A DNA stretch of 55,615 nucleotides from a virus (taxonomy: Duplodnaviria; Caudoviricetes): positions 1 through 55,615 of the IMG/VR virus record IMGVR_UViG_3300028396_000009, one strand, 5' to 3'. A program made the translations under genes and the position numbers. The notes below the pieces were generated by a model, which saw only the letters and a program-made list of their open reading frames with translations, did not search any database and was not told the DNA's origin. Numbering within the stretch: position 1 is the first letter of the stretch; each line of letters begins with the position of its first letter. Shown here one piece after another: positions 28,411 through 39,600 of the stretch.

Positions 28411-30585
28411 ATGCCTCTTAATTTTCCAGATAATCCAGTCGATAATCAAGTATACTCACCCACACCACAAAAAGCGTGGGTATATAATGCATCTCAAGGT
28501 ACTTGGCTTGCATCAAATGTAAGTTCGCAAGGTACTAAAGTAACAGTTCAAGATGCGGCTCCGCTGAATTCTGATCAAGGTGACTTATGGTTTAACTCTG
28601 AAACTGGATCACTCAACGTTAATTACGATGATACAACATCAGAGCAATGGGTTAATATTAGTTCTAGTGGTATTATCGAAAGTGAAGATGTTATCAATGA
28701 TAATACAATGCTAACGGCAAGTGAATCTACTTTAGCAACATCTTCGAGTATTAAGGCATATGTTGACGATATAGTTAGAGCCACAGTATCGCTTGACGAT
28801 ATTAAGATGTTTAACTTCAGATCAAATGGAGATGTATCGAAGGGCTATATGGAGAGTGGTGATATAGATACTTTTTACCGCGGCTCTTTACCGGTCTCGT
28901 TTGACTCTGATGTAAAGTTTGTAGAGCTTAAGTATACATCAGCCATAGCTAATGTACCGTCTGACGCAGAAGACGGTGTTAACGGTACCGTATATATTGA
29001 CTGGGAAAATAAAAAAATAAAGCAATCATCTGTTAAAAAGGATGGTGGTAATCCACATCAAAGTCATTGGTATGAAAGCACCGGTGCTGAATCGAACGGT
29101 GTAATAATGTTTAATTCCTCTGAAGGTACCACAGGAACACCAGAAGGAACTTCACACCTAGAAGGTATTGTTATTGACTGGGATAGTAGACAAATCACAG
29201 GATTGCCCCACTATGTTAGAGATAGTGGTGGTGGTGTTAGTTACAAGTACGATTGGCAATATATTTTCCGCGATCTTACAAACTCCGGTAGCTTTGGTAG
29301 TGCTGGTGGTGGCGGTGGTGGTTCATCGCTATTGAAGTATGGTGAGATGAGTATTGGTCGTGTAGGCGGTCAAACTAATGCTAGCATACCTACCGTAGGT
29401 GATTTTACAGCTGTTGCTGACGATACACAAGATGGTGATACAAATGATGATACGTTTGTATGTACATTTAATACCCCTCTAGATAATAATAATTATAACG
29501 TCATTTTTGAGACTGTATCAAATGGTAACGTGGATGTTGATAATACCTTGAGGTATCCCGTTCTAGTAGATAAAACAAGTACAGGGTTTGTGTTTAATGT
29601 TGAGTTTGCTGGTGTTGGTGCTATGCAAGCTGATGGTGACATTCAAATCAACGTACGTGTCGAGTCGAATGAAGTAGGGGCAGGTATTAGTGCTGATAAA
29701 GAGTATGTAGGTATTACTGGTACAAGTGGCGCAACAGCGATAACCCAAACTGCGCAGTTTGGCCAATCTGTAAACGGGACATATACATATCAAGTCAACG
29801 ACTTACAAGGACCAGGTGTTAATACTAGTAAGATACGTGGCCTTTATATTAGATGTAAGGGTACTACCGTCAACGGTACCTCTATTCTAACCGCCACTTT
29901 ACCAGATGATATAACCTTACTACGACCATTTTTCCAGACTAGTGAATTAAATAACGTTACCGGGAGTGATGTTATAGAGTTAATTAAGTTTTTACCTATT
30001 AATAAAAACCAATCAAGTTTTAAACTTAAAATTGATACCGTGGTGGGAGGTGATATAGAGTATGAGATTATAGGCGCAGAGCAGATCACTGCTACTGTAG
30101 GTAGTAGTAGTAGTAGTAGTAGTAGTGTAGCACCTTCTATTATTATTAAGTATGCAGATAACTCTTCACTAGGTGGTGGTAGTGCGAGTACGTGGGAGAT
30201 AGATCCTGTTGTTGATATTGCAGTAGATGGTGTAGCTGGTGTGAGTGTTTCATCTGACAATAAAGTAGTCAGCTTACCTAATGGCACATACCGATATGCC
30301 TTTATATATACTAGCACAAATACAACCAGTACCTATAGAACCCAACTATCTATAAGAGCAGGAGCTAGACAGTTATTAACATCAAATAGTTGGTCTTATA
30401 GTGGTAATGCAAGTGAGCAAGGTACGATCAATGTTACTAGTGGTGGTATCGTTTTTGAGGGTATGCGCTATAATGCCATGGCAAATGTATATGGTGCATA
30501 TTTAATGTTAATTCCCACAGCTGATTTTACTAATCAGGTTAGTATTGAGGCTGCTCGACCAGAGCTACTAGGTAAAATTCAATAA
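28411..30585 (+). CDS. Multi-domain tail fibre/spike-like protein
   Basis: N-term 'FPDNP' and 'GDLWF' module shared with the previous gene; 'LATSSSIKAYVD' fibre motif; beta domains joined by poly-Gly and poly-Ser linkers. Confidence 0.65.
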   Translation: MPLNFPDNPVDNQVYSPTPQKAWVYNASQGTWLASNVSSQGTKVTVQDAAPLNSDQGDLWFNSETGSLNVNYDDTTSEQWVNISSSGIIESEDVINDNTMLTASESTLATSSSIKAYVDDIVRATVSLDDIKMFNFRSNGDVSKGYMESGDIDTFYRGSLPVSFDSDVKFVELKYTSAIANVPSDAEDGVNGTVYIDWENKKIKQSSVKKDGGNPHQSHWYESTGAESNGVIMFNSSEGTTGTPEGTSHLEGIVIDWDSRQITGLPHYVRDSGGGVSYKYDWQYIFRDLTNSGSFGSAGGGGGGSSLLKYGEMSIGRVGGQTNASIPTVGDFTAVADDTQDGDTNDDTFVCTFNTPLDNNNYNVIFETVSNGNVDVDNTLRYPVLVDKTSTGFVFNVEFAGVGAMQADGDIQINVRVESNEVGAGISADKEYVGITGTSGATAITQTAQFGQSVNGTYTYQVNDLQGPGVNTSKIRGLYIRCKGTTVNGTSILTATLPDDITLLRPFFQTSELNNVTGSDVIELIKFLPINKNQSSFKLKIDTVVGGDIEYEIIGAEQITATVGSSSSSSSSVAPSIIIKYADNSSLGGGSASTWEIDPVVDIAVDGVAGVSVSSDNKVVSLPNGTYRYAFIYTSTNTTSTYRTQLSIRAGARQLLTSNSWSYSGNASEQGTINVTSGGIVFEGMRYNAMANVYGAYLMLIPTADFTNQVSIEAARPELLGKIQ
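30103..30126 (+). repeat. (AGT)8 microsatellite encoding a poly-Ser linker
   Basis: Eight consecutive AGT codons. Confidence 0.95.
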
Positions 30586-30632
30586 TTACATATACAACAT
30601 CACAAACCGTAATTAGCTGATTAAATACTTAC

Positions 30633-30848
30633 ATGCTATCAAGAGTAAGAGCTCAGCATGTGTTAAGTGAGTTTACTGATTTTATATTAGAAGATGAAAT
30701 CAGGGAAAGCATTGTCGTTAACGTCGATATTGAGTACTTTAAAGTTATTAATTACGAGTTAAGGAAGTTAGGCTATAGGATGCTACATAAGTCACAAATT
30801 AACAACACTGAAACTTTTACTTTAGTTTTCATATTAGAGAATAAATAA
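30633..30848 (+). CDS. Hypothetical protein (71 aa)
   Basis: Fills the gap; ATTAAATA at 30620-30627, 5 nt upstream. Confidence 0.65.
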   Translation: MLSRVRAQHVLSEFTDFILEDEIRESIVVNVDIEYFKVINYELRKLGYRMLHKSQINNTETFTLVFILENK

Positions 30849-30854
30849 TAGGGC

Positions 30855-33167
30855 ATGGATTATCCAACCAATCTACCTCTTTCCGCAGCATCAGTTAATA
30901 TAAGCGATGGTGAGTTTTCACCATTCTATGATATTATATGGTCTATTAAATATGAAATTATTAATTGGAGTAAAACGGATGAATACGGGTTATGCTTCTT
31001 TCTGCAAGATAGTAGCTCTGATATAAAGTACGGTGGTATTGGTATAGATCTAGGGTATTCAGGCGCGCCAGTAAATGGTACATCTGTCGAAAAGGCAGTA
31101 GGGTTACAAGGTGGTAAATTAGGTATAGGTTTAGATACACGGGGAGTTTTTGCAGCCAAGACAGCTTGGCCGGGTGGCCTAGAACGTGATGGTTTAGTTA
31201 CAGGCTTGCAGAAGAACGCTATAACGGTAAGAGGTAGTGAAAGTAGTGGGTTTACGTTTTTAGATCTTCATGAAAAGATAGAAGCTTTCGACTTACTTAG
31301 TGATGGTATCAAAACATTAAGAGCGCGGTTAGGTAACTTCGGTAGAACTATCTATATTGACTATAGGGGTCCAGGTGATACAGATTATCAGCAAGTTTTA
31401 GCTAAGGATGTAGACTTAAGTTTAAGTGAGGGTGACCGTCTTACCCCGGGTGTCTCTTTTGTAAAACATTTAACAAAGCAGACTTCAAACCTGAACATTA
31501 AGGTCCATTCTTTTCACATTGAAGGAAAAGATAATGATCCAGATAAGCAGGTAAGGTACCCGGAACCACTAGTACCTCAGACTGAAGTACAACCATACGC
31601 AGGTAGCGAGCTTGTAATAAAGCCAGATATAGAAATCGTACCAGTTGCACCGGTTAAAAATATTGTAATGTGTAACCCACCAACCCAAAGCCAGATTCTA
31701 ATATCCAAAACCGCACTACAAAATGCTCCAGAGCTTGGTGATATAATTGATTACACTATTACAATTACAAACCAAGGTGAGTTTGAGTTAAGTAATATTG
31801 TAGTATTTGACACTATACCCACAGTAGAGAGGTTAAATATAACGGGTGAAGGTGATCTATTTTCTGGTAATCAAACACTTTCGGCAGGAGAAACAAAGAC
31901 TGTTGCTTACAAGTATCAAACATCAGCTAAGGATGGTACACAAATCGAAAACACTGCTACAGTTACAACAAATACAGGCTTAGTAGTAACTGATACAGCT
32001 ATTACAACACTAGGAGGCTTTGTTGATCTTGTAATTAATAAAGAGGAAATATCTACTGGTCCATATAAAGTCAGTGACTCGGTGCTGTATAAGGTTACTG
32101 TTGAAAACCCTAATAATGTTGAGATTGCTGATGTACGTGTAGTAGATACATTGCAAGATGACCCTAATTTCAATATAGAGATAAATACAGATAATTTATT
32201 GAATAATACTACTACTCTTTCACCTGGTGATAGCGCATCAGCAACATATTCTTACACTATCACAAATACTTCACCTATTATTAATAATGCTTATGTTGAG
32301 TCTGTAATTGGTAAAACGTATATAGATGATCCTATCGTAATAAGTGATATTGAAGGTCTAGCGTCACTTAGATTGAATAGAGTTGAGAAATCAACAGGTC
32401 TAACTACATTAGGTGGTGTAGAGCTCGGTGTCTATGGTTTAGATACAGTGGTTGAGTACGAAGTTGAAGTTTATAATCCTAATGAAAGAGCAACAATATC
32501 TAATATAGTTCTTTCTGATTCATTATCAGCTGATAATCCAGATGGCTTTGAGATTGTAAGTGGTGATTCATTGTTTACCGGTACAGATATAGGGCCTGAT
32601 ACTGCTCTAAGTGCAACATATAGATCTACTATTAATACAAACACATCAGATGGTATTGAGTCTATACTACGTGTGGATTGGCCTACAAGGCAATCATCTA
32701 AGAGCATTGTTCGAATCGATACCGTACAAAAAGGATGTGTTAATGTATCTTTAGTTTCAGAGGCAAGTAATTATACAGCTTCTACCGAGCATTGGGCATT
32801 ATTTAGGACCTTTAACCCGAATACACCGTTTTATATATTGCTAGACGAACCTAATAATATTGATAATATTAATATACCTACAGAGTTTGAAAACGATACC
32901 AATGCTGAGGTGGTTATTATTCCAAAAGATCCAAAAGAATCAAATTGGTTTAATATACTAAATCTCGAAAGTTACGGGCCAGATACGAGAATATTATTCT
33001 GGTATGAAGAGTCTAGCTCTTTTGACGGTATGGCAACACACACAACAGCGTTAACAGCGTTAACAGCTGCTATAGAGGATTATAGTATGGTATACACCCT
33101 GTCAAGTGGTGATACACAGGACTACTTCTTATGGCATTCAACACCATCATTGAGCTGTACCTTTTAG
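30855..33167 (+). CDS. Virion protein: L-type lectin-like N-terminal domain plus three DUF11/Ig-like repeats
   Basis: 'GLCFFLQD...GGIGIDLGYSG...LGIGLDTRG' (legume-lectin-like); repeats 'GDIIDYTITITNQG', 'DSVLYKVTVENP', 'DTVVEYEVEVYNP'. Confidence 0.65.
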   Translation: MDYPTNLPLSAASVNISDGEFSPFYDIIWSIKYEIINWSKTDEYGLCFFLQDSSSDIKYGGIGIDLGYSGAPVNGTSVEKAVGLQGGKLGIGLDTRGVFAAKTAWPGGLERDGLVTGLQKNAITVRGSESSGFTFLDLHEKIEAFDLLSDGIKTLRARLGNFGRTIYIDYRGPGDTDYQQVLAKDVDLSLSEGDRLTPGVSFVKHLTKQTSNLNIKVHSFHIEGKDNDPDKQVRYPEPLVPQTEVQPYAGSELVIKPDIEIVPVAPVKNIVMCNPPTQSQILISKTALQNAPELGDIIDYTITITNQGEFELSNIVVFDTIPTVERLNITGEGDLFSGNQTLSAGETKTVAYKYQTSAKDGTQIENTATVTTNTGLVVTDTAITTLGGFVDLVINKEEISTGPYKVSDSVLYKVTVENPNNVEIADVRVVDTLQDDPNFNIEINTDNLLNNTTTLSPGDSASATYSYTITNTSPIINNAYVESVIGKTYIDDPIVISDIEGLASLRLNRVEKSTGLTTLGGVELGVYGLDTVVEYEVEVYNPNERATISNIVLSDSLSADNPDGFEIVSGDSLFTGTDIGPDTALSATYRSTINTNTSDGIESILRVDWPTRQSSKSIVRIDTVQKGCVNVSLVSEASNYTASTEHWALFRTFNPNTPFYILLDEPNNIDNINIPTEFENDTNAEVVIIPKDPKESNWFNILNLESYGPDTRILFWYEESSSFDGMATHTTALTALTAAIEDYSMVYTLSSGDTQDYFLWHSTPSLSCTF

Positions 33168-33215
33168 TATATAATATTTTTTTGCTTAAATAGACGTCTC
33201 TATTAAATATATGTA

Positions 33216-36200
33216 GTGAATAAAGCGCTCTATAAAAGTACACGAGATATATTCTTTCCACGTGCAGTATATCCGGACCCACGACGGGTAATAAAGCAAT
33301 ATACATCCAACCTGGAACAAGGGTTTATGGTTAACAATATTGCCGCTTTAAATGGTATTGAGGATCAAAAAAATAATAACTTTAGTTTAAATTATATTAC
33401 GAAACCTAGCTTATTAACTGAATTTACTGAGACAGCTGTTATTGAGAAGGCGTTTAATACAATAACAACTCGACTTGAGTTTAATAGAGAAAGTCTAACT
33501 GATTCTAAGTTTGTATACATTTATACTACTGCAAACCTTGTAGGTGATGTGGCTTCTAATAATCAACGACCTGTTGGAATACAAAACGAAAATACAGGCG
33601 CGTTTAAAAATAATTATTTTTATGAGTTAGAGTTAATAAATAATTACTTTGCAAGAGTACGACATAATGATGGTAGATTTGATTTTTTTCTTAACTGGGA
33701 CGAAGCTGATAATAGATTAGGTTTCATACGATCTTTTGACGACACTATTGAAGATACAAATATTGAGACTAGTGAGATGTTTCGTTATAGTCTTGATGAT
33801 CGCGGCCGTTTACACCTATTTAAAAAGAGCACTACAGGAGATTTGTTTGTATTAAACATGGTAGATACGGATATACAGATGGTTCAAGTAGACCCAACAA
33901 TTGGTGTTAGACCATCTGTTACAAATACAATTTACACAGATTATAAGCCTATATCTATTAATCAATCACAAAACAACGATTTTGTATCATATAAGACCGG
34001 GCAGATTAACTCACTTAATATTAATATAGATAAGAGTATTTTTAATCAACCAGGTCAATACTTATTTCATAGTGAGTATAATAATATAAACGTTGATAGT
34101 AAAACTATCGAGTTTAATTTTATTACACTCGACACAAATAGATCAGAGTATAATTTTATTAAACGTGGTACTAACTTACTTGACGCTCGAAACGACGTTC
34201 CAACGTTTAATTATAGAAAGTACAATACACTCGACACGGGAGTAGATGAAGAAGGTGGTAATGATAAACTATCTCTACTTTATACATTATATGATAAAGA
34301 CATTTATATACAAAATGGTGCGACTACTTTCTTTACAGCACCTTCGTCAATTTACCCTTACGCTAAACTTAATATAAACGATAGTACATTTGTGAAAAAC
34401 GGTGCTTTTAGTGGACCAGTACCAATATTAGCAGATAAAGTCTATTTAAGACAAGATAAACGTAACACGTATAAAAATGGTAGGTATCTATGCACGTGGT
34501 TATCAGGTAGTAGCTTAACTTCACCAAGCGTCTGGGTAGATAGATATTACTATCCAGATATACTAGAAAAGGACGTGGCGTTAAGTAAAGTACCTAAGTA
34601 TAAAGCATCATTCTTAGATCATGTTGATCGTGGTATTATAGAGCAGAGTCAGAAAAACAGTATTGAGAGTCGTGGATTTTTTGATAAACTTAGCGACTTA
34701 GTTATAACACCTAATAGCTCGTTAAAGTATGAGCGTGTTGGTAATACAGATATAGAAGATATAGTTTATAACTCTAACCCACTTTTATCAAGTTTTGATA
34801 CATGTATAACATCTAGGCCACTTAGGAATATTAGTAATTACGATAATTTAGGTGATATAACAGAAAATTACTGTAAGTCTCAAAATACCTCTGATATTAC
34901 CTTTGATGGTACCTTTTATAGTAAGTTAAGTGTTTACGAGGCAATTAATAAAACAAAGACGTTTACTATTTCACTTGATATGTTTATTGATCCTGATAAG
35001 CAGTATGGTTTTCAGATACTCGGTAATAATACTAATAAAGGTTTTGGATTATTCCAAGACTTAACAGTAACACCCTTTATTCATATTGTTAATAACAATG
35101 ATCTCAATATTTATAATACAAGTGGTGTGTTACTAAATACAACGACATTTACTAGTAACATAAAAGATGTATATAAACGGTCTGCTTTACGTAACTTTAT
35201 TGTTACATGTGTTGATGGTAGCATTTTTAGGGTAGATGCAAAAGGAAATAAGTTAAAGCTTGATGTAACTAACATTTTAGGTTATATAAACTCTTATATG
35301 GAGGATGATTATATATATTTTCTTTTTAAGAATAATATTGTACAAAAGCTAGACTTAACTAAGTTAAGCATTGAAGAGGTAGAGTGGCGGTCATTTGATG
35401 CGTATAATGGTGTATTAGATACATCGGGTGTAAATACCGGTACACAAGTTTTCTGGTATGAAAATATTTTTGTACATAAAGATATTGTATACTTATTACC
35501 TGGTTGCGATATGGTATGGGAAACAGAAGACGTTCTATTTTATACTATAACTTCAAGAGCAAGTAATGGTGACGAGGTAAGTAATATTATTAAACATGAC
35601 CTTACAAAAGAGCCTGTATTGTTTTACAGCTTACCAGGTAATATCTCTAATTTAACAATAAAATACGAGGCAGGTATAAACCTAATATATGTTACTATTG
35701 ATAATAAGCTAATTTCCATAACAACACAAGGTGTTGTACAAAAAGAAATTGACTTCAACTCTTTAGATGATGAGTTTAACGGTGGTGAGGGTCTAGAAGT
35801 AGAAGATGTTATCGATTTTACTGGTGGTAAAATCTTAAACATAGATACAATACACGAGTACGTTGAGGGCGGGTTAAGCGAGACACGTATAGTGTTACTT
35901 CAGACTACGGCAGATGGTTCAATTGTTTTTGACGGTAATACTATTTTAAGTGATGTTAATCAAGAAACATACAAACACACCCCATTAACGAATTACAACA
36001 TATTAAATTATATTTACGACAGTAAATCTTTAGACTTCAGACTTACACTTAAAAATAACTTTGACTCGGAAGATATCCGCGCTGAAGTTATAAATTATAG
36101 TATATCTGACATTGATAAAGGTTGGCATACACTAACATTTAGTTTGGATAGCATTGTAGGTGTTGCAACCTTGCATGTGGATGGTATACAATACGAGGAA

Positions 36201-36650
36201 ATAGTGTTTCCACCAGGTAAATATAACCTCCATGATATTTTTAATGATGAGCTTTTTGTTGGAACAGCAGGATTTTACAATGGCTTTGATTTATCTACAT
36301 ATCTTAAACAGCCTGGTTACTATTATATAAATGACCTACAAATTAAAAATATGCTCGTTTATAATAGACCAGCGGATAAACCGTTAATTTACGCTTTAAG
36401 CCTATTAGACGGTAGTGTTGATGAGTTAGTTCTCTCTTTACCACAGGGACAGAGAAACAATAAAGCAACTATTGAACGTTTTTATAAGTTTGGTAGAAAT
36501 AACTCCTCAAAGAAAATTGATATTGTTGTCAATAATTTTAATATAGAAGATGAAGATATTAAATCGCAAATTAAGCTTAACATTATGAACGACGCAGCTG
36601 ATATTTTACCTGTTGGAGTGGAAATTAATAATATTTTATTTACAAAGTAA
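33216..36650 (+). CDS. Large virion structural protein with LamG/concanavalin-like elements
   Basis: 'FTISLDM' and 'GWHTLTFSLDS..G.ATLHVDG', 'IKNMLVYNRP'; C-term 'ILPVGVEINNI'; ATTAAATA 6 nt before the GTG. Confidence 0.6.
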   Translation: MNKALYKSTRDIFFPRAVYPDPRRVIKQYTSNLEQGFMVNNIAALNGIEDQKNNNFSLNYITKPSLLTEFTETAVIEKAFNTITTRLEFNRESLTDSKFVYIYTTANLVGDVASNNQRPVGIQNENTGAFKNNYFYELELINNYFARVRHNDGRFDFFLNWDEADNRLGFIRSFDDTIEDTNIETSEMFRYSLDDRGRLHLFKKSTTGDLFVLNMVDTDIQMVQVDPTIGVRPSVTNTIYTDYKPISINQSQNNDFVSYKTGQINSLNINIDKSIFNQPGQYLFHSEYNNINVDSKTIEFNFITLDTNRSEYNFIKRGTNLLDARNDVPTFNYRKYNTLDTGVDEEGGNDKLSLLYTLYDKDIYIQNGATTFFTAPSSIYPYAKLNINDSTFVKNGAFSGPVPILADKVYLRQDKRNTYKNGRYLCTWLSGSSLTSPSVWVDRYYYPDILEKDVALSKVPKYKASFLDHVDRGIIEQSQKNSIESRGFFDKLSDLVITPNSSLKYERVGNTDIEDIVYNSNPLLSSFDTCITSRPLRNISNYDNLGDITENYCKSQNTSDITFDGTFYSKLSVYEAINKTKTFTISLDMFIDPDKQYGFQILGNNTNKGFGLFQDLTVTPFIHIVNNNDLNIYNTSGVLLNTTTFTSNIKDVYKRSALRNFIVTCVDGSIFRVDAKGNKLKLDVTNILGYINSYMEDDYIYFLFKNNIVQKLDLTKLSIEEVEWRSFDAYNGVLDTSGVNTGTQVFWYENIFVHKDIVYLLPGCDMVWETEDVLFYTITSRASNGDEVSNIIKHDLTKEPVLFYSLPGNISNLTIKYEAGINLIYVTIDNKLISITTQGVVQKEIDFNSLDDEFNGGEGLEVEDVIDFTGGKILNIDTIHEYVEGGLSETRIVLLQTTADGSIVFDGNTILSDVNQETYKHTPLTNYNILNYIYDSKSLDFRLTLKNNFDSEDIRAEVINYSISDIDKGWHTLTFSLDSIVGVATLHVDGIQYEEIVFPPGKYNLHDIFNDELFVGTAGFYNGFDLSTYLKQPGYYYINDLQIKNMLVYNRPADKPLIYALSLLDGSVDELVLSLPQGQRNNKATIERFYKFGRNNSSKKIDIVVNNFNIEDEDIKSQIKLNIMNDAADILPVGVEINNILFTK

Positions 36651-39600
36651 TGGATTATACATCATATAAACAAATATATACACACGGTGACTTATACACC
36701 CTTAGTGGTAAACCATATACTGGATTTATCCAGTATAAAGATGGTGTGGTGCTAGCATCAGGAAGTAGTTCTGATACTTTAGTACCTAACAATTCATACG
36801 GCACGAGCTTATTTGCTTCAGGTATTTTTAAAGATAGAGTTATTAAAGACGAAGGTATACAGCTACCTTCAAGTAATTCTGAATGTACATTTGGCTTAAA
36901 CGAAACACTTAACTACGAAACATTTAAATATAAGCTCGAAAATATTAGACGTAATATAACATATATGTATAGTCGTATGTTTATAGCTTCAAATAACTTA
37001 CCAGCTGCAAACAAAATTACTTATGCAGGTCTTACGAAAATATATGATCAAGAGCTTACTACTACAACACTAGATAGAAACTTCCCGTCTGTTGATAATG
37101 CTATTAGTTTTTATGATAGTGATGAGTTTCAAGAGTTAGCAAATATTTTCGACGTTACAACGCAGATTAATTACGAAGACTCTACAAAGTTTACTATGTT
37201 CTGCGCGTCATCAAGCCTTTTTATAGCAATCACAGGTAATAATGACAATTTAAGTATTGTTGAGACAAGCTCTGCTTATGAAACTTTATCATCTAACACC
37301 CAGAACTTTGGTGAAATAGGCGGTATAGCATCAAATAAAGATAGTTTGTTTATTTCTGACAAGCAACACAATATTATTTTAAAGTATGATATCAAAGGTT
37401 TTGTAAATAACGACGTAGCGTTAAGTAATAAAAGATATTTGCAGGAAGTACTAGGTGGTAAAGGAAGTATAGATAGAAGAGCAAATCTTAGCAGACCTGG
37501 TGCTATAGCTTGTAATGGTAGTGATATTGTTGTATATGATAGTGGCAATTACTGCTTGAAGGTCTTTACGGTCGATTTTGATTATAAAACGACATTTAGT
37601 ATATTTAGATATAGGCCAAATCGACGTGATCAAGAAATCTTTAGGGCTATGGCTTTTGATCCTGATTTTGGTACACTCTATATTTTAAATAGTTTACAAA
37701 ATAATAGATTACGCCTATATAGGTTAAATATTGAAACTCAAAAATTCGATACCACAGAAATTAGCGATATTTTAGCAGATGATGAGGTAGTTAATACTAT
37801 TTCCTTTTCTAAAGTTGATAGTAACTTTTGGTATTATAGTACAAATAAGCAAATATATAAGAAGTTTAAAACTCGTCCTGAAGAAACTATTGGTTCCTTT
37901 AATGAAGGTAGCTTAATTAACCGCGCTAGTATTACAAATAATGAATTTGAAAATAGGTGGAATTATCAAAACGTTCAATGGTTAGGTGCTGGTTTCTTAT
38001 GGAATAAAGAAGGTACAAGTACTAATGTAAATGGTAGCACAGCAAACGCAATACAGTCTCAAAACTTTAAAGGTTTCAATATTCTACTAGGTTCAGATGG
38101 TTTTGATAAACAGATTATTTTTACAAAGTCTAGAGTTTACTTCTTTGACGAACCTACAACAACTGCGTACACACGCGTTTTAACAAAACCTAATTATCAA
38201 AACTATAGTACAGGTAATTTCTCTTTAAGTCCAAAAGAGTATATACAAGTAGCTACAATAAACGCTGAGCTATACAAACTTTTGCAAGATTTATTTATAT
38301 TGCGTGATAATATTGTAGGTCGTTTTTCCGGTCGTTACGTTAACGGTGATATTATTTTAGATAGTTATAATTATAATATAGATTTTGATGACTTACGCGC
38401 TGAGAATATAGAAGACTACTTTTTACATCATAATGAAGAGAATACAGTAGGTGGTTTAAATCGCATTCTCAATAAAGCATATAATTTACAAACAAAGCTA
38501 ATTAATATTAGTAATACTGATACACAAGATGAAGTTAATTTGAGCTTAGCAGTATTACCAGATCCACCATTAACGGAAGCTCTTAAAATCACTAAAACAA
38601 CAGATAAACCAGGTCCGTATAAAGTCGGTAGTAACATTACCTATACAGTTACATTATCCAATAATACAGAGGATCCAATTAATGATATTACACTTACTGA
38701 TACACTTTGTTCGAGCTTATTTGATATAGAGGATCCACTTGATGTATTTAATACTGGTATTACTTTATCACCACGAACTTCAACCAGTATTTATTATAAA
38801 TATACTGTTACAAATAACGACGCTTTACAGACACGAGTTTCAAACATAGCTACAGCTTCTAGCCCACGAAGAGGTACAGTAGCTGCAGAATCTACAGTAG
38901 GTGCCTTGTTTTTAGAAAAGACTTTAAAGGTTAAAAAGAAAACAACAACACAAGGACCGTATTATGTTGGATTTCCGATTAGCTATCAAGTCGATATCAC
39001 AAATAACGGAGATGTAGCTGCTGAAAATATCTTATTATTTGATAACCTTACGAGTGATAATAACATCGACGTAAAGACCTACAATACGGATGATTTAATT
39101 ATTGAATCAGACCCACTAAAGTTAATTCAAGGGCAGGGAGTTTTACAGCCGGGAGAATCCACGACTGTTAAATATAAGTTTAAACCTGAAAGGCGTGGTA
39201 ACCTTACAAACTTTGCCACTGTTACTTCATTTGACGATAAATCGTTTGCTTCGAATGAAGTAGAAATAACACCTATAAACTGCATTGATGGTATGGATGT
39301 AGTTTTCTCTATTGATTACACCGGTAGTATGAGGAACATTATCAATAGTGTCAAGAATGGTGTCAAGAATCTTACTGACACTCTAAGCACTTTATCTAAC
39401 GATAATTATAGATTAGCGTTAAACACATCAGATGAAATAACTACTGGTAACGCAAGTAAGATATATAATAGTAATTCAGATTGGGCTAATTTACCGGCTG
39501 ACCAAAAGTACTTCCAGTATACAGGTTATAAAAGAAGAAGTCGTAATGGTTACTTTTTACTAACAACATGGTCACCTCTTAGTGAAGATGATGATGCTTT

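Noticed and set aside
22739-30585. Diversity-generating retroelement suggested by Mtd-N-like domains
   Set aside because: No reverse transcriptase and no near-identical TR/VR pair differing at adenines was seen in the window; the N-terminal domain is a common fibre anchor.
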